Assembly: GCF_036321535.1 (NCBI RefSeq)
Contig: NC_087454.1
Location: forward strand, 19,158,001-19,222,000
DNA length: 64,000 bases
Reading direction: 5' to 3'
Origin: Camelus dromedarius
Taxonomy: Eukaryota
Shown here: piece after piece, positions 1-11,629 of the stretch
How the letters are laid out: each line of letters begins with the position of its first letter
How positions within the stretch are numbered: the stretch's first letter is position 1
The notes under the pieces: model-generated
Told to the model about the DNA's origin: nothing
Seen by the model: the letters and a program-made list of their open reading frames with translations, nothing else
Database searches by the model: none
Program-made: the position numbers and the translations under genes

Positions 1-274
1 TTAATACATATTTTTACATTATCTGGAAAAGCTTATGCATTTGGATAACTGTTTAGGTAAGCTCCCATTTATTGAGAGCTTAATATTTCACATATGGATA
101 GTGTGTTAATTAACATACACATTATCATTTTTCCATTATGTCAACTTTGCATACATGACTATGTACTGGGCCTGTTACCAGACAGGGCAAGAGATATAGA
201 TTAAATGGAAATTACTGAGGAGCAAGAAACAACCTGAGAATATTTGCATTTGCTACACAAAGTTACTATAGAGC

Positions 275-365
275 TTTTTTATTTTAATGGAGGTACAGGG
301 GATTGAACCCAGGACCTCCTGTATCCTAAGCGTGCATTCTACCACTGAGCTTTTCCATGCCCCCT
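275..365 (-). mobile_element. Vic-1-type tRNA-Ala-derived SINE
   Basis: Reverse complement shows AGCTCAGTGGTAGA...GTCCTGGGTTCAATCCC (A/B boxes) followed by an A-rich tail. Confidence 0.85.
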
Positions 366-694
366 GCATAAAACTAAAGTAATATTTAAGAGTTGAAGGA
401 AATGACCAGCCTGACCAACCACACAGGGTGGTCTGACCTCTTAGACACATCCACACCATGCTCCACGGCCAGCAAAACGCAAATGTTCCTACACTCGAAT
501 TTCTGTAAATGACAACACCACTGGCTTCATTTTTGCTGGTGGTCTCTGGTCCCTTCCCTTGTTTGCTTCATCTTTGCCCAGAGACCATGTCATCCAAGGG
601 TAGGCTTGCCCCAGCTCCAGAAATCCACCCCTTTTCCAGAGATGTGAGGCAGTTGACAGCATGGAAGTGAGTGAGGCAAGCTCTTCAGAGTGAG

Positions 695-930
695 TAGTGT
701 AGTCACTGTGAGGACCAGTGCTGGGGCTAGGATGCCCGGCTTCAAATCCCAGCTCTGCCACCCCCTAGTGGTCTGGGCTTGGGCAGGTGACAATTTCTTT
801 TGTGCCTCAATTTCCTCATCTGTCAAATCAGAATGATAATAATTTAATGTTTGATTCACTGTCAGAGGACTAAATGAGTTAATACATGCAAATCACTTAG
901 AACAGTGGCACCTAGAAGCTTTTAATAAGG
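695..930 (+). mobile_element. MIR SINE
   Basis: MIR core: ttcaaatcccagctctgcca..gtgcctcaatttcctcatctgtcaaa..aaatgagttaatacatgcaaa. Other MIR fragments at about 3030-3170, 7965-8060, 18880-19075, 28085-28320 and 55230-55400. Confidence 0.75.
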
Positions 931-1464
931 TGGGAAGCTTTTGGTTTTGGTTTGTTTGTTTCAAATGCTGTAATTTCTCCAAAGTGGCTTTGGTTGGCTA
1001 GCCCCTCCCAGTCTCCGCTCTCCCAACCCTCCACTCCATGTTCATCTCCCATCCAGCTGTTGACAACTGGATTAGTGCTAGACAATTTTGAGCACTCTAC
1101 AACCCCAAACGCTGCCCAGGAAAGCATCTTGTGCATAGATCTCTTACCTGAACCTGAACTTGTATCACAGAGGAAGAACATCACAGGCTATTTTAGGTTC
1201 TGGAAGGAGAGACTCCCCACTGGAGAGGAAATCAGGCATGCACAGAGAGTCCTCTTCCCACCTAATTCATCCTCCAGACCTTGACTTTCACTCTTCAGAA
1301 GAGTCAGCCTGCTTGTGCCCAAACTCCGGCTGCCTTGCAGAGAAAAGTGAACACACAACTCCCAGACTCAGCTGACCAGAGTCCAGCCTTCTAGCCCCTT
1401 GTGCTCATCACAGACAAAAGCAGAAGATCTATGTCCCAGTCATGTTCCTAGCCCTTGAGCGGTG

Positions 1465-1660
1465 CCACCCAATATAATTTTTTTGATGATGGATATGGTC
1501 TGTATGTGTGCTGTTCAATGCAGTAACCACTAGCTTTGTGTGTTACCGAGCATTTGAAACATGGCTTCTGTGCAATCAAGGAACATAATTTTTAACTTTA
1601 TTTAATTTGAATTTAAATGGTCACTTGTGACCAGTGATTGACCAGTATTGGACAACATGG
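1465..1660 (+). mobile_element. MER3-like hAT-Charlie MITE
   Basis: gatgatggatatg..tgttcaatgcagtaaccactagc..gcatttgaaacatggct..ttttatttaattt..gtattggacaac resembles the MER3 consensus as recalled. Confidence 0.7.
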
Positions 1661-2709
1661 CTTTAAATTGTCCATCCTCAAAATAAATAAATAAATAGTC
1701 TGTCCTGACTTTTTTTTTTCTTTTCTTTTTTTTTTTTTTTTGGATGCAACATCCTTATTTTACAACTGGCAAATAACTGTATTTCTATATTTTTCAAACT
1801 GGTGCTAGTACTAGTCTCATCCTTCAGTGATTAGCTGAGTCTGGGGAAAAGGATGATAAGGGAGAAGGTCATATTTCCATCCCAGATCTTACTCCCCCCA
1901 AGACACTGAGGAAACCAGAGAGTGATGCCCGCATCCTGGTGCTGGTCCATCCTCGGTGCCTGTGTTGACTGACAGTTGCTGACTGTGCGGATCTTCCTTT
2001 CTTCATGTTTGTCCCTCTGAGCACAGGTGACCATCAACTCCTGACATTCAATTCATGATTTTCCTAAATATATTCCTTGGGAGCGAGAAGCTAACTAAGC
2101 CCAAGCAACCCATCACACCTCTGAACACCAGAAGGGGCATTTGGACTTGCAGTGGGAGGTCAGACACCAAGAAGAATGACCTGGTGATGACAGTTATGAA
2201 ACAGTTAGAAACAGGAAACCAAGTCTAAATGTTCCTTCTTTAAAAAAAAAATCCAACAAAGTTCCCTCTCCCTTGGCTAAAACTTAGAGAAGAGGGGCTG
2301 AAGGGTACAGATCACATGGGCAAGCCTCATCCTGAGGTCCAGTGAACGGTCCATCCCAGCAGGTCAGATCCTAGAAGCCCCTTCGAAGGCTGGGCCACCA
2401 GGAGGGAGCGGGGGAGGAAGGCGCAGTACCAGGCAGCCTCTGCTCCGCAGCTCTGAGGGGGTGGGGAAGGCAAGCCCTGGTCATCCCCTCCGTCTGTAGC
2501 CCTTTTGTGTAAGTGCCTGGCAAGGATGACTCGGGGCTGTTCCTGGGAGCACAGCTGCAGCTCTGTGGGGAGGAGGCAGGGCCCCTGGGCAGCACTGCCC
2601 TCCCCGATACTCCCCTGGGGCTTTTTCAGTGGTAGGGGACATGTGCCCTGAGGGCCTCTGCTTAGCCTGACCCTGATGCAGGGGCTCCCTGTCCCCACTG
2701 ACAGCAGTG

Positions 2710-2794
2710 ATGGCAAGTTTATTGAGCGCCTCTCTGCCCAGCTGCCTCCCATCCCTCCTCTTCCTCCTCCTCCAGCTATCTTCCAGCTCCGCAG
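2710..2794 (+). CDS. MOG: MOG exon 1 (signal peptide MASLLSASLPSCLPSLLFLLLQLSSSSA-G)
   Basis: ATG at 2710, hydrophobic leader, phase-1 donor GCAG|gtaaga. The eight exons join in frame to a stop at 11627-11629. Confidence 0.95.
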
Positions 2795-3802
2795 GTAAGA
2801 TTTATCTTTATTCCTGCCCTGGGAGTTCCTGAGAATAGAAAGACTAGTTCTCTGGGCTCACCTCCTTCAGCTCATCCTCAAATTGCTATACAAGTTGTCT
2901 TTCCGAAATGTAGATGTGCTGACAGGGTTCCCCTCAGACACCTTCAGGGTTTCCCTACAGCCTGCAGAAGGGACCCCAACTCCATCACAAGACCTTAACT
3001 GAAGGCTCTTCTTGAACTCTCTCTTACCTATCTTTCCAGCTTCGGTTTGTCACCTATCAAATGGGGACTATCATAATAACAGCCTCTGGGAGTTGCTGTC
3101 AGGGTTCAGTGAGATGAGGTCTATACTGTGCTTAGTCATGCCTGTCCCTTGGTAAATCTCCATAAATGTTTGTTTTGAGTCATAGTGTCTTGTCGTGTTT
3201 GGAGTTCTGTTCTGCACAATCGCGCACTAGTAAGTTTTTATAGAGGAGCTCTGCTGTCAAAAGACATATTTCCAACCTTAGGGAGCCACCTATCAGAGGA
3301 GGCCCAGGCCATGCACGCCCCTGGGAAATCGTTGCAGGTCTAGTGGAGAATCCAGCCTCATCTTCTAGTAGCTCCAAATCTGATGAGGAGATATCCCACA
3401 GAGGAAAAAAAGACTGGGAGTATGTACAGGGCAGGGTCTAGGAGCTGTACCAGGGCTGAAGATACAGAGGAAAAAAAGAAGGATAGAGAGCCACCTCTAG
3501 GGTGGAAGATCTCAGAGGAGAAGAATTTGGGACCAGGGAGCAAACCAAGAAAGAGGGCTGAGAAGTGATGGAGAGAGGGCTGCAGAGAAGTGACCAAAGC
3601 AAAACGTTTAATGGGAGAATAAGGGTCAATTTGGCCATATCTGAAGAGGGAGGCTATATTCCAAGGTGAGACCTAAAGGCTGGGATGACCACATGCTAGA
3701 ATGTTCTATCCAGGGCACTCAAAATATCTCTATAACCAGAGACCTTTAAGAAAAAAATGAACTCTTCTCTGGCTGTAGAATGTTATTTAAAACATGCATT
3801 CA

Positions 3803-3936
3803 GGGGGCGGAAATAGCTCAGTGGTAGAGCACATGCTTAGCATACATGAGGTCCTGGGTTCAACCCCCAGCACCTCCATTAAAAAGGTAATTCAATAAAT
3901 AAAACTAATTACCTCTCCACCCCACCCCTCAAAAAA
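3803..3936 (+). mobile_element. Vic-1-type SINE (MOG intron 1)
   Basis: GGGGGCGGAAATAGCTCAGTGGTAGAGCACATGCTTAGCATACATGAGGTCCTGGGTTCAA head plus the family tail AATAAA..CTAATTACCTC. Confidence 0.88.
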
Positions 3937-4081
3937 TCCTGTTAAAAATCAAGTGTCTTCTTCTTGCCCTGTTTTGATCAAGTGTCTTCTTTCCCTATTT
4001 GGAAGCAACCCTTCCCACGACATGCTTGTTTGTCAAGGTTCCCTCTGATGCCCAGTTTCTTTTCTTTGGCGTATTGGACAG

Positions 4082-4429
4082 GACAGTTCAGAGTAATCGG
4101 ACCAGGGCATCCCATCCGAGCTCTGGTAGGGGATGAAGCGGAACTGCCTTGTCGCATATCTCCAGGAAAGAATGCTACAGGCATGGAGGTGGGGTGGTAC
4201 CGGCCCCCCTTCTCCAGGGTGGTTCATCTCTACCGAAGTGGCAAGGACCAAGACGAAGAGCAGGCGCCTGAATACCGGGGCCGCACGGAGCTGCTGAAAG
4301 AGACCATTGGGGAGGGGAAGGTGACCCTCAGGATCCGAAAAGTCAGGTTCTCAGATGAGGGAGGTTTCACCTGCTTCTTCCGAGATCATTCTTACCAAGA
4401 GGAGGCAGCGATGGAATTGAAAGTGGAAG
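4082..4429 (+). CDS. MOG: MOG exon 2, IgV domain
   Basis: GQFRVIGPGHPIRALVGDEAELPCRISPGKNATGMEVGWY...FTCFFRDHSYQEEAAMELKVE. 348 nt, ag/gt borders, both Ig cysteines and the N31 sequon (NAT) present. Confidence 0.99.
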
Positions 4430-5555
4430 GTGAGTATTGCGAATATTAGTAGGTATGATCTGTTGAGTGGCCAAGACCTCCCTTTGAGACTTCAATCATC
4501 CTCTCCACTGAAATGAGATCCTTCAATCCAAACACCTCACTCCTGGAAATCCAAGCCATAGAGGTATGCACATCAGTATCTGGGAATTTATACACACACA
4601 ATGTCCGCTGCATCATTATTCAGCATGGGAAGGAAACCGGAATCAGAGTCCATGCCCATGAGTTGGGAAGTGATTGAATAAACACTGTTATCCATACAGT
4701 GAATATCATGCAGCCATTAAAAGTTTGTTTTAGCACCATACCACCGGCTTGGAGGTATCCCAAAGATACTGTTGAGTGATAAAAGCAAGCTACAGAATGC
4801 AGAGAACAAAGACAAAAGCTTATGTTTTAAAGATCAGAGAAATATATAAAAAGATATCCCTAAGAAAGCTAATTCACCATGGGGGAAAGGAGGGAGGATG
4901 GGGTGTGATCTAAACAAAAAAGAACAAAGGCCATAATTTTATCCATATGATCATATGTATCCATTTATGTAAAAGTATGTATAATATGTACATTTGTGAG
5001 TACATACAGAGAATTTTTTAAAATTTTAAATAGGAAAAATTGTAAAGATAGGCAGCAAAATCCAAAGTAATCAATTCGTGATTATTTTGTGCTACTGGAG
5101 GGGAATATGAGTAATCTGAAAATTAATCAAAATATCCAAGTGGACTTTTCCCCTTCTTGTTTTGCTTTAGACTGTCTTTTTGTTTATTTGTTATTCAACA
5201 AAAAAGCCTTATTCCTAACGAGTCAAACTGATCAAATTCTAGTACAATGAATCCCTCAGTTGATGTATTTGTGATGTTTTATTAGACAAGGAATATTATT
5301 GAAGAACATATTCCTGTTCTTCTAAATACAGTCCAAGTGAAGTAAACAAGTAAAACAAATATCTGAATATAATCATAGAAAGAGATGTTACCTATGGGTT
5401 TTACCTCCACTGCTTTCTTTCTCTAGAATTTCGTTTTCAGTAAGTCTTGTGCTATGGATGACTTGGGCATTTTTTTTGTTTTTTGTTTTACCCTGGAAGG
5501 GTTAAGATTTGGACAAGGGGAAGTGGGTGGAGCCGGAGCTTTGAAAGTTAATTGC

Positions 5556-5659
5556 TATTTGGAGGGGGTGGATACAGCTCAGTGGTAGAGCGCATGCTTA
5601 GCATGCAGGAGGTCCTGGGTTCAATTCCTAGTACTTTCATTGAAAAGGAAGAAAGAAAA
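5556..5659 (+). mobile_element. Vic-1-type SINE with 13-bp target-site duplication
   Basis: tRNA-like head with A-rich tail, flanked by GAAAGTTAATTGC at 5543-5555 and 5660-5672. Confidence 0.9.
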
Positions 5660-6050
5660 GAAAGTTAATTGCAAAACTAACTTAGTTGCAAAAACTCTTG
5701 GGAGGCCGGAACCTCAGGTCATTTTCCTTTCCCTCCACCTGACCTGTAGCTCAACATCAGACAATCGGTCACTTTAGTATCGCCAGGGCTCCAGTTGCAG
5801 TGCTGGGACCAGAAGATAGCATTGTATGCGGGATAACAAAGACCTATTTCTAGAGACAGATTTCAGGGACATGAAAATAGCTTTGTGTGTCACAGAATGT
5901 TCTCCACACAGCTGTTTTCTTTGGGGGATTATTTTTACCTGGCAAGATGTCTGATATTGAGGACCTCTCCAGTTTGCAGATTTTCCTCATTTCTGTTTAG
6001 CAACTTCCTACCTTAATAACTCCCTATCCCCACCATCAAACAAAGCAAAG

Positions 6051-6115
6051 CAAAACAAAACAAAACAAAACAAAACAAAACAAAACAAAACAAAACAAAA
6101 CAAAACAAAACAAAA
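6051..6115 (+). repeat. (CAAAA)13 pentanucleotide microsatellite in MOG intron 2
   Basis: Thirteen perfect units read directly. Confidence 0.97.
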
Positions 6116-6459
6116 AAAGCCCAAAAAACAAAAAAACAAACCTGCCTCAGGGAGTTTTTCTCAAACTTGTCCAAGTTTTCCTTTGGGTTGGTTTCCACAT
6201 TCCAACCTTCCTCCTGTCATAATCTCCATGCCTAAGAGTCTTTTTAAAAAAGTGTTTTAGGAGTAAACAATGGACCACCCACCTAGCCTGGGGATTCAGG
6301 AAGCTGAGGCAAATTTAGGGCTGAAATGCAGTAACTATATGATTGCCAAGTTTCAGGTGTAATTATCTCCTTTCTTTCTCTAAAGAGTTTCTAGTCTTTC
6401 TTTCCAACTTTCATATTTTTCTTGTCATTTTTGTGGTTTTATTCCTAGTTGCCTGTAAT

Positions 6460-7060
6460 CCTTTCTTTGAACTCTTCATTATGAACCTTAAAACATATAC
6501 AGAAGTAGAGAGATTATTATAATGAGCCTCCAGGTTTCCATCACCTGACTGCAACAGTTATGACCCAAGGACCGGCAACCTGTCTCATTTGACTCCACTC
6601 ATTACCATCCTCCCCAACTGAAACATTCAGGCAAATCCTAGGCAGCATTATCGTTTCATTGCTAAATCCTCAAGAATGTAAGCCTGAAATAGAAAAACTC
6701 TAAAAACAAAACAAAACAAAACAAAACACCCCAAATACTATAATGACATCTTTAACAGACATTTACCAATACTCTGTGCTCACATTTTTCTGATTGTTTT
6801 ATAAATGTATTTTTACAATTGGGTTTGCTTGAATCCGATCCAGACAAGATCCACAGGTTGGTTTTTGTCCTGTAGAGTTTCCGATGGTTTAGATTTTGCT
6901 GATTTCATTGCCATGCTGTTTGGACGGTGTTTCAAACCCTGGATTTCCTGTAAACTCATAGATTAGAATATGCATAGTCAGATTCAGGTTTGATTTATTT
7001 TGTCAAGCTTGCTTAGTGTAATTTCAAAATGTTGAACTTAAGTGGTATTTTGAGATTTCT
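6460..7060 (-). mobile_element. Old L1M 3'-end fragment
   Basis: ..ttcattatgaaccttaaaacatatacagaagtagagag.. is typical of reverse-oriented L1MC/ME 3' ends. Confidence 0.55.
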
Positions 7061-7690
7061 GCACCAATTCTGATGTGATATGAAAATACTTGATTTTTAG
7101 GAATGACGAATTCTCAAGTTCTGTTCACATTGTTGTGGGGGGTTGCCTACAAACACAATTGAAAGCAACATTAAATTTCAGTTTAAAAGTTACTGAAAAT
7201 AAATGTTTTTTTCCTGTTTAAGTTCACCGATGCCCTTGACTTCCTATACCTCCATCACTGTCTTAGTTCAGGCTCGTGTTTTTTATTTTCACTATGACCA
7301 TGGCCTCTTAAATGACCTCCCTCCCCCGCTCCCCAGTCCTGCAGTTGATAAATCAGATCTTGTTACTCCTCAGCATGGAGTCCTTCAAGGTACCCCCTGG
7401 CCTGGAGGATCAGATCTAAGTCCCTTCTGTGGGTCTTAAAACTCTCCAGGACCAGCCCAATATAGAGGCTAGACTCCTATTATTCTAAGCCACTGGACTT
7501 TCCTGGAAACAACCACTTTTCCTTTAACTAAGCTCAATCAGGTGACAGGTGACTTAAGATGTCGGCTCTAAGTCTTCATCTTTGAATCTTGGTGATATTG
7601 TTCCTTTCTTCAACATGACTTAACGGAGCCTCAAGCATGGGGCTGGGAGTCGAGGGTACAGCGCTGGGCCATGCCGGTTCTGCCTTTCAG

Positions 7691-7804
7691 ATCCCTTCTA
7701 CTGGATCAACCCTGGAGTGCTGGTTCTCATCGCGGTTCTGCCTGTGCTCCTCCTGCAGATCACTGTGGGCCTTGTCTTCCTCTGCCTGCAGCGCAGACTG
7801 AGAG
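7691..7804 (+). CDS. MOG: MOG exon 3, transmembrane domain
   Basis: DPFYWINPGVLVLIAVLPVLLLQITVGLVFLCLQRRLR. 114 nt, tttcag|...|gtatgg. Confidence 0.97.
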
Positions 7805-9084
7805 GTATGGACTGGAGGCAGGGTGGCACCCTCCCCCGAAGTGACCTGGCCTCTTGGAGCGTGGTCAGTTAATGTTTACTCTTGAGTGACTTCTGGGTTC
7901 AGAACTCACTCTGTAATTATAAGTTTTACATCTTACCAAATGTAAATATCACTTAGATAACAGGACCCCATTTTACAGAAGAGGCAACTGAGGCCTGGCA
8001 TGATTCAGAGACTTACTCAAGCTGACTCAGCTTATAAGTGGCAGAGCTCAGGTCTAATCTTCCATCTTCTGGGCCCTGTACCAGCCCTAGCAGCTCAAGC
8101 ACCTGGGGGAGTGTGAGCTTCAGAATCGGGCAGGACCGTGCTATTAGGAGGTTTAAATAAAGATCCTGTGAGTAAAAGTCCCTACCATGGAGTAGGTGTT
8201 TGAAAGTTGTTTCCTCTTGCTTTTCCATTCAACACAGAGGACTCAGGTTCAGCGGTCTAAGGAGCTCTCTTGTGCCCAGAGCTTCCATTCGGAGACTTCT
8301 CCCCCAACCAAGTGCTCTCAAAGCCAAAGCCAGCAGGACCTTCAATCCCCCACCCCCATTCCTAAGAGGGTAAAGCAGCCAGGAGGGCTTGGAGTATGTC
8401 AGGGGGGATGTTGGTGGGATCTTCTCCCCTTGACCTCATCCCAGATACTGTTACCTCTTCTCCCAAATGAGAAAGGTCTTCAGCCCACTTGGCTGAGCAG
8501 AAAGAACCTGACTGGTGGGGTTAGGCAGCCTGGGTTAGAAGCCAGCTCAGACAGTGACTTGAACTCTCCAAGCGTCCATTGCCTTGTCTAGTGGAGACGA
8601 CAGCCTCCCTCCTACATCATAAGGGTGGATTAAAGGGGCGAGTCTTATGGAAAGTCCCTAGTACTGAGCCAGCCACCAAGTAGCTGCTCAACAAAACATT
8701 TAGTTCCTTCCTCATTCAGGTGGGAAGTGGCTTTAGATTTACAAAGTGACAACTCAGCAGGGGGTGGAGTGGCTTTGTGAACTGTGCCACCAAGAAGCGG
8801 AGCAGAGAGCTGTGGGGGCGGTAATAAAACTTTAGGTTGATTTGGGGTATTGGTGGACAGTGTCTACCAGGGTTCTCAGCTCTCTTTACCGCAATATGGA
8901 ACCCAGACAATAGTCAGGGAAAGAGCTGAACTCTTGGTTTCAAACTCAGTGCCCTTCTCACCCTCCTAAGGACGCTCCCAGGCAGCTGAGAAACAGCCCA
9001 TAGGAAGGCCCAGGGCGCTGGGTGTGGAGGCGCCCCATCTAGTGCCTGAGCTGGAACTAAAAGTGTCACCTTTTTCTCTTTTAG

Positions 9085-9105
9085 GAAAACTTCGAGCAGA
9101 AATAG
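9085..9105 (+). CDS. MOG: MOG exon 4 (21 nt, GKLRAEI)
   Basis: ttttag|GAAAACTTCGAGCAGAAATAG|gtgagt. Confidence 0.95.
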   Translation, partial: ENFEQK

Positions 9106-9448
9106 GTGAGTTCTGGGCACTGTCCCTCCCCAGCCCTCCTTCCTGGTCTTTTGGCATAACTGAAATGGTCATTTTCTCAGACCACCTCTGCCTCTGTCCC
9201 AATACTCTGTGCGACCTTCAGGCGGGAGCTTCACAATTGAAAACTCCTATAACCAGCGGAGAATTGTAGAAAAGTCTCGTTCCTCTTCCCTGCCCTTCAG
9301 CCAGGGTAGAGTGAAATCCTACAGTCTCCTTTCCTCCATCATGCCTCACAACTAGAAGCAACTGTAAGCGATTAAATAACAAAGGATCAGAGGAGACAGG
9401 ATCATTTTGAGCGCCCCACTAAGTCCCTTCCATCTGTTCTTCTTTCAG

Positions 9449-9469
9449 AGAATCTCCACCGGACTTTTG
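9449..9469 (+). CDS. MOG: MOG exon 5 (21 nt, ENLHRTF)
   Basis: tttcag|AGAATCTCCACCGGACTTTTG|gtaagt. Confidence 0.95.
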
Positions 9470-10329
9470 GTAAGTCTTGGGGTACCCAGCTCCCCCAGGT
9501 CAGCTTGGCGTTTCACTGGTTCCTGTCACCTGGGGAGATAAGACCCCTGGCTCCTGGGTGGTTTCCTCCCTCTCTTGTTCTTTCTTTGAATGTCATCATT
9601 TGCGTCTAGGATTGGTTAAATAGCAAATACACTATAAATTACACTATAACTAACAGCTTCCCAAATGTTAACTCATTCTGTAGGAATTACAAGTTCTTTA
9701 TGTGCCTTATTTCTTTTTTCAGGAATTACAAAGGGGAGATAAACAGATTCTTTGCACATACAATTGATGCTTAGTTGAGGAGGTGATCGATATACACAAA
9801 TTAACAGGAGAACAAAGTACATATATATCATCAAAGAAACTCACACGGAGGAATGAGCTTTCTTGAGTACAGAATGAGGAGCTGTAACTACACATGACTA
9901 CTCAGGGAAGGTTCTTGGGGAGGGTGAAGACACCAAACCCCACTAGAATGTTGGCCCAAGGATATGGAGTCTGTCCTTTTTGCTCACTGCAGAGCGTCCA
10001 GTGCCTAAGGGCAATGCCCACAACAGAAGGGCACCCAAATATCTGTTGCATGGATGTTGCAGAAATTATAAGGTGGTCCCTGCTTGGAGAAGCCTTCCTG
10101 AACAGCCTCTCCTCCTGACTCTAGGTACCCCTGAGACCTAGCACAGGAGAGCTCCACCCTGGCATTTAATCGGGAGTGCAGAAGGCACAACACACTCAGT
10201 CTGCAACTCAAAGAGGGAGGAATAGGATCTCTGCTTTGTAGGATTTGAATAACAAAAGGTCTTCACTCTTTTTGTATGGGATGTACCTCGTGGACCCCTC
10301 CCTTCCCAGGATGTTTTGAAATGTACACA

Positions 10330-10700
10330 TAAAATATAACATGCAGAATTACGAAGAAAACCATTGCATTGAAATATAAACAAATTTGTGACAAATGTCC
10401 CTTTAAATAACAAAAATACATTAATAATGTAGCAGCAGGTCTAGTAACTTGCCATTTCAAAATATTGATAAACAGTATTTTGAGACTTCTGCAACAACTC
10501 TGATAAGAATATGGTTTCCATTGATGATAAAGTCAAAAGGACTGCTGATAACTGATTACCTACATTTTTAGTGGAAGAAAATGCTAAATTCAGTTCAAAG
10601 TTAGCAAAAATTAAAACGTAGTGCTTTTCTCATCCAAGTTCATGGACTCCCTGGATTCTACCCAGACTCCTTTGGTGTTCTTGGAACCCAGGTTAAGAAA
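10330..10700 (+). mobile_element. hAT-Charlie-type DNA transposon fragment
   Basis: Terminal ..ttcatggactccctggattc...cccaggttaagaaacc resembles a Charlie/MER end. Confidence 0.5.
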
Positions 10701-10788
10701 CCCAATAGTAAATGGGGGAGGTGGGGTGGAGGTGGGACAGAAGGAGGAACACGTGTTAATCTTACTTGTTCTGTGGCAAACGCTTCAG

Positions 10789-10905
10789 ATCCCCACTTTC
10801 TGAGGGTGCCCTGCTGGAAGATAACCCTGTTTGTAATCGTGCCCGTTCTCGGACCCGTGGTCGCCTTGATCATCTGCTACAACTGGCTACATCGCAGACT
10901 AGCAG
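10789..10905 (+). CDS. MOG: MOG exon 6, second hydrophobic domain
   Basis: DPHFLRVPCWKITLFVIVPVLGPVVALIICYNWLHRRLA. 117 nt, cttcag|...|gtgcag. Confidence 0.97.
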
Positions 10906-11206
10906 GTGCAGTGGTGGGGCAGCAAATAGGACCAACAGAGCAGTAGGGGACCAAGCCAGCCCTGGAGGGGAAACAAAAAGGGTGCATGGACGCAGGGCCC
11001 AAGAGTCGGAGCTGGGACTTCCTTTCTGCTCTGTGCCCATGGCCAATCCCCGGCTCCCCAGAGAATCCATGAGGACCATTTTCTGAGATCTGAGGGGTCT
11101 CTTAGTGGAAAGGGGGTAGGAGGTGCCCAACTGTGAATTCCACAGGGCGGATGTGGGGAGGGAGCTGGTCATCTTCCCCCCATCACCTATTTCTCTTTGA
11201 TTCCAG

Positions 11207-11227
11207 GGCAATTTCTTGAAGAGCTAA
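11207..11227 (+). CDS. MOG: MOG exon 7 (21 nt, GQFLEEL)
   Basis: ttccag|GGCAATTTCTTGAAGAGCTAA|gtaagt. Confidence 0.95.
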   Translation, partial: GNFLKS

Positions 11228-11615
11228 GTAAGTCTTCTTCTTTTTCTTACGAGAACAAAAAACCAGGAAAGCAGCCAGGGGAAGGGGGGTTACTGAGGGA
11301 TCAAAATCCCAGAGGAAAGGAGGGGTGGGCAAGCATGGGTGGAGGGAGGGAGGACTCCTCCTGGGAGGTGGAAGCTGGGGGCACGCCCACCTACTGCCTG
11401 ATTTGCCCACCTCCATGCCCCTCTCCTGGAATCACACTCCAGCTGGCCTCCTCTCCCGTTCCTACAGCAGCTGCCCTGTGCCTTACCTCTGAGACCAATC
11501 ACTGAGGCAGGCACAGAGATCAGATGACTTCACGGGGCTTTTATTCTACCTGGTTTAATGGTTTCATCATAGAAACTACCAACAGACTTTTCAAGTTATT
11601 TTCTCCTCCTTCTAG

Positions 11616-11629
11616 GAAACCCCTTCTGA
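11616..11629 (+). CDS. MOG: MOG exon 8, alpha-type C-terminus RNPF*
   Basis: ttctag|GA AAC CCC TTC TGA completes A+GA = Arg, giving the canonical ...EELRNPF end. Confidence 0.95.

Noticed and set aside
952-1284. 110-aa ORF upstream of MOG
   Set aside because: Non-ATG start, no recognisable domain or exon structure.
3803-3880. tRNA-Ala(AGC) genes (also at 275, 5563, 28530, 50270)
   Set aside because: Extra 5' bases, broken stems, A-rich tails and TSDs mark them as SINE copies, not functional tRNA genes.
6051-6115. Regularly spaced repeat as a CRISPR-like array
   Set aside because: Simple (CAAAA)n microsatellite without spacers, in eukaryotic DNA.
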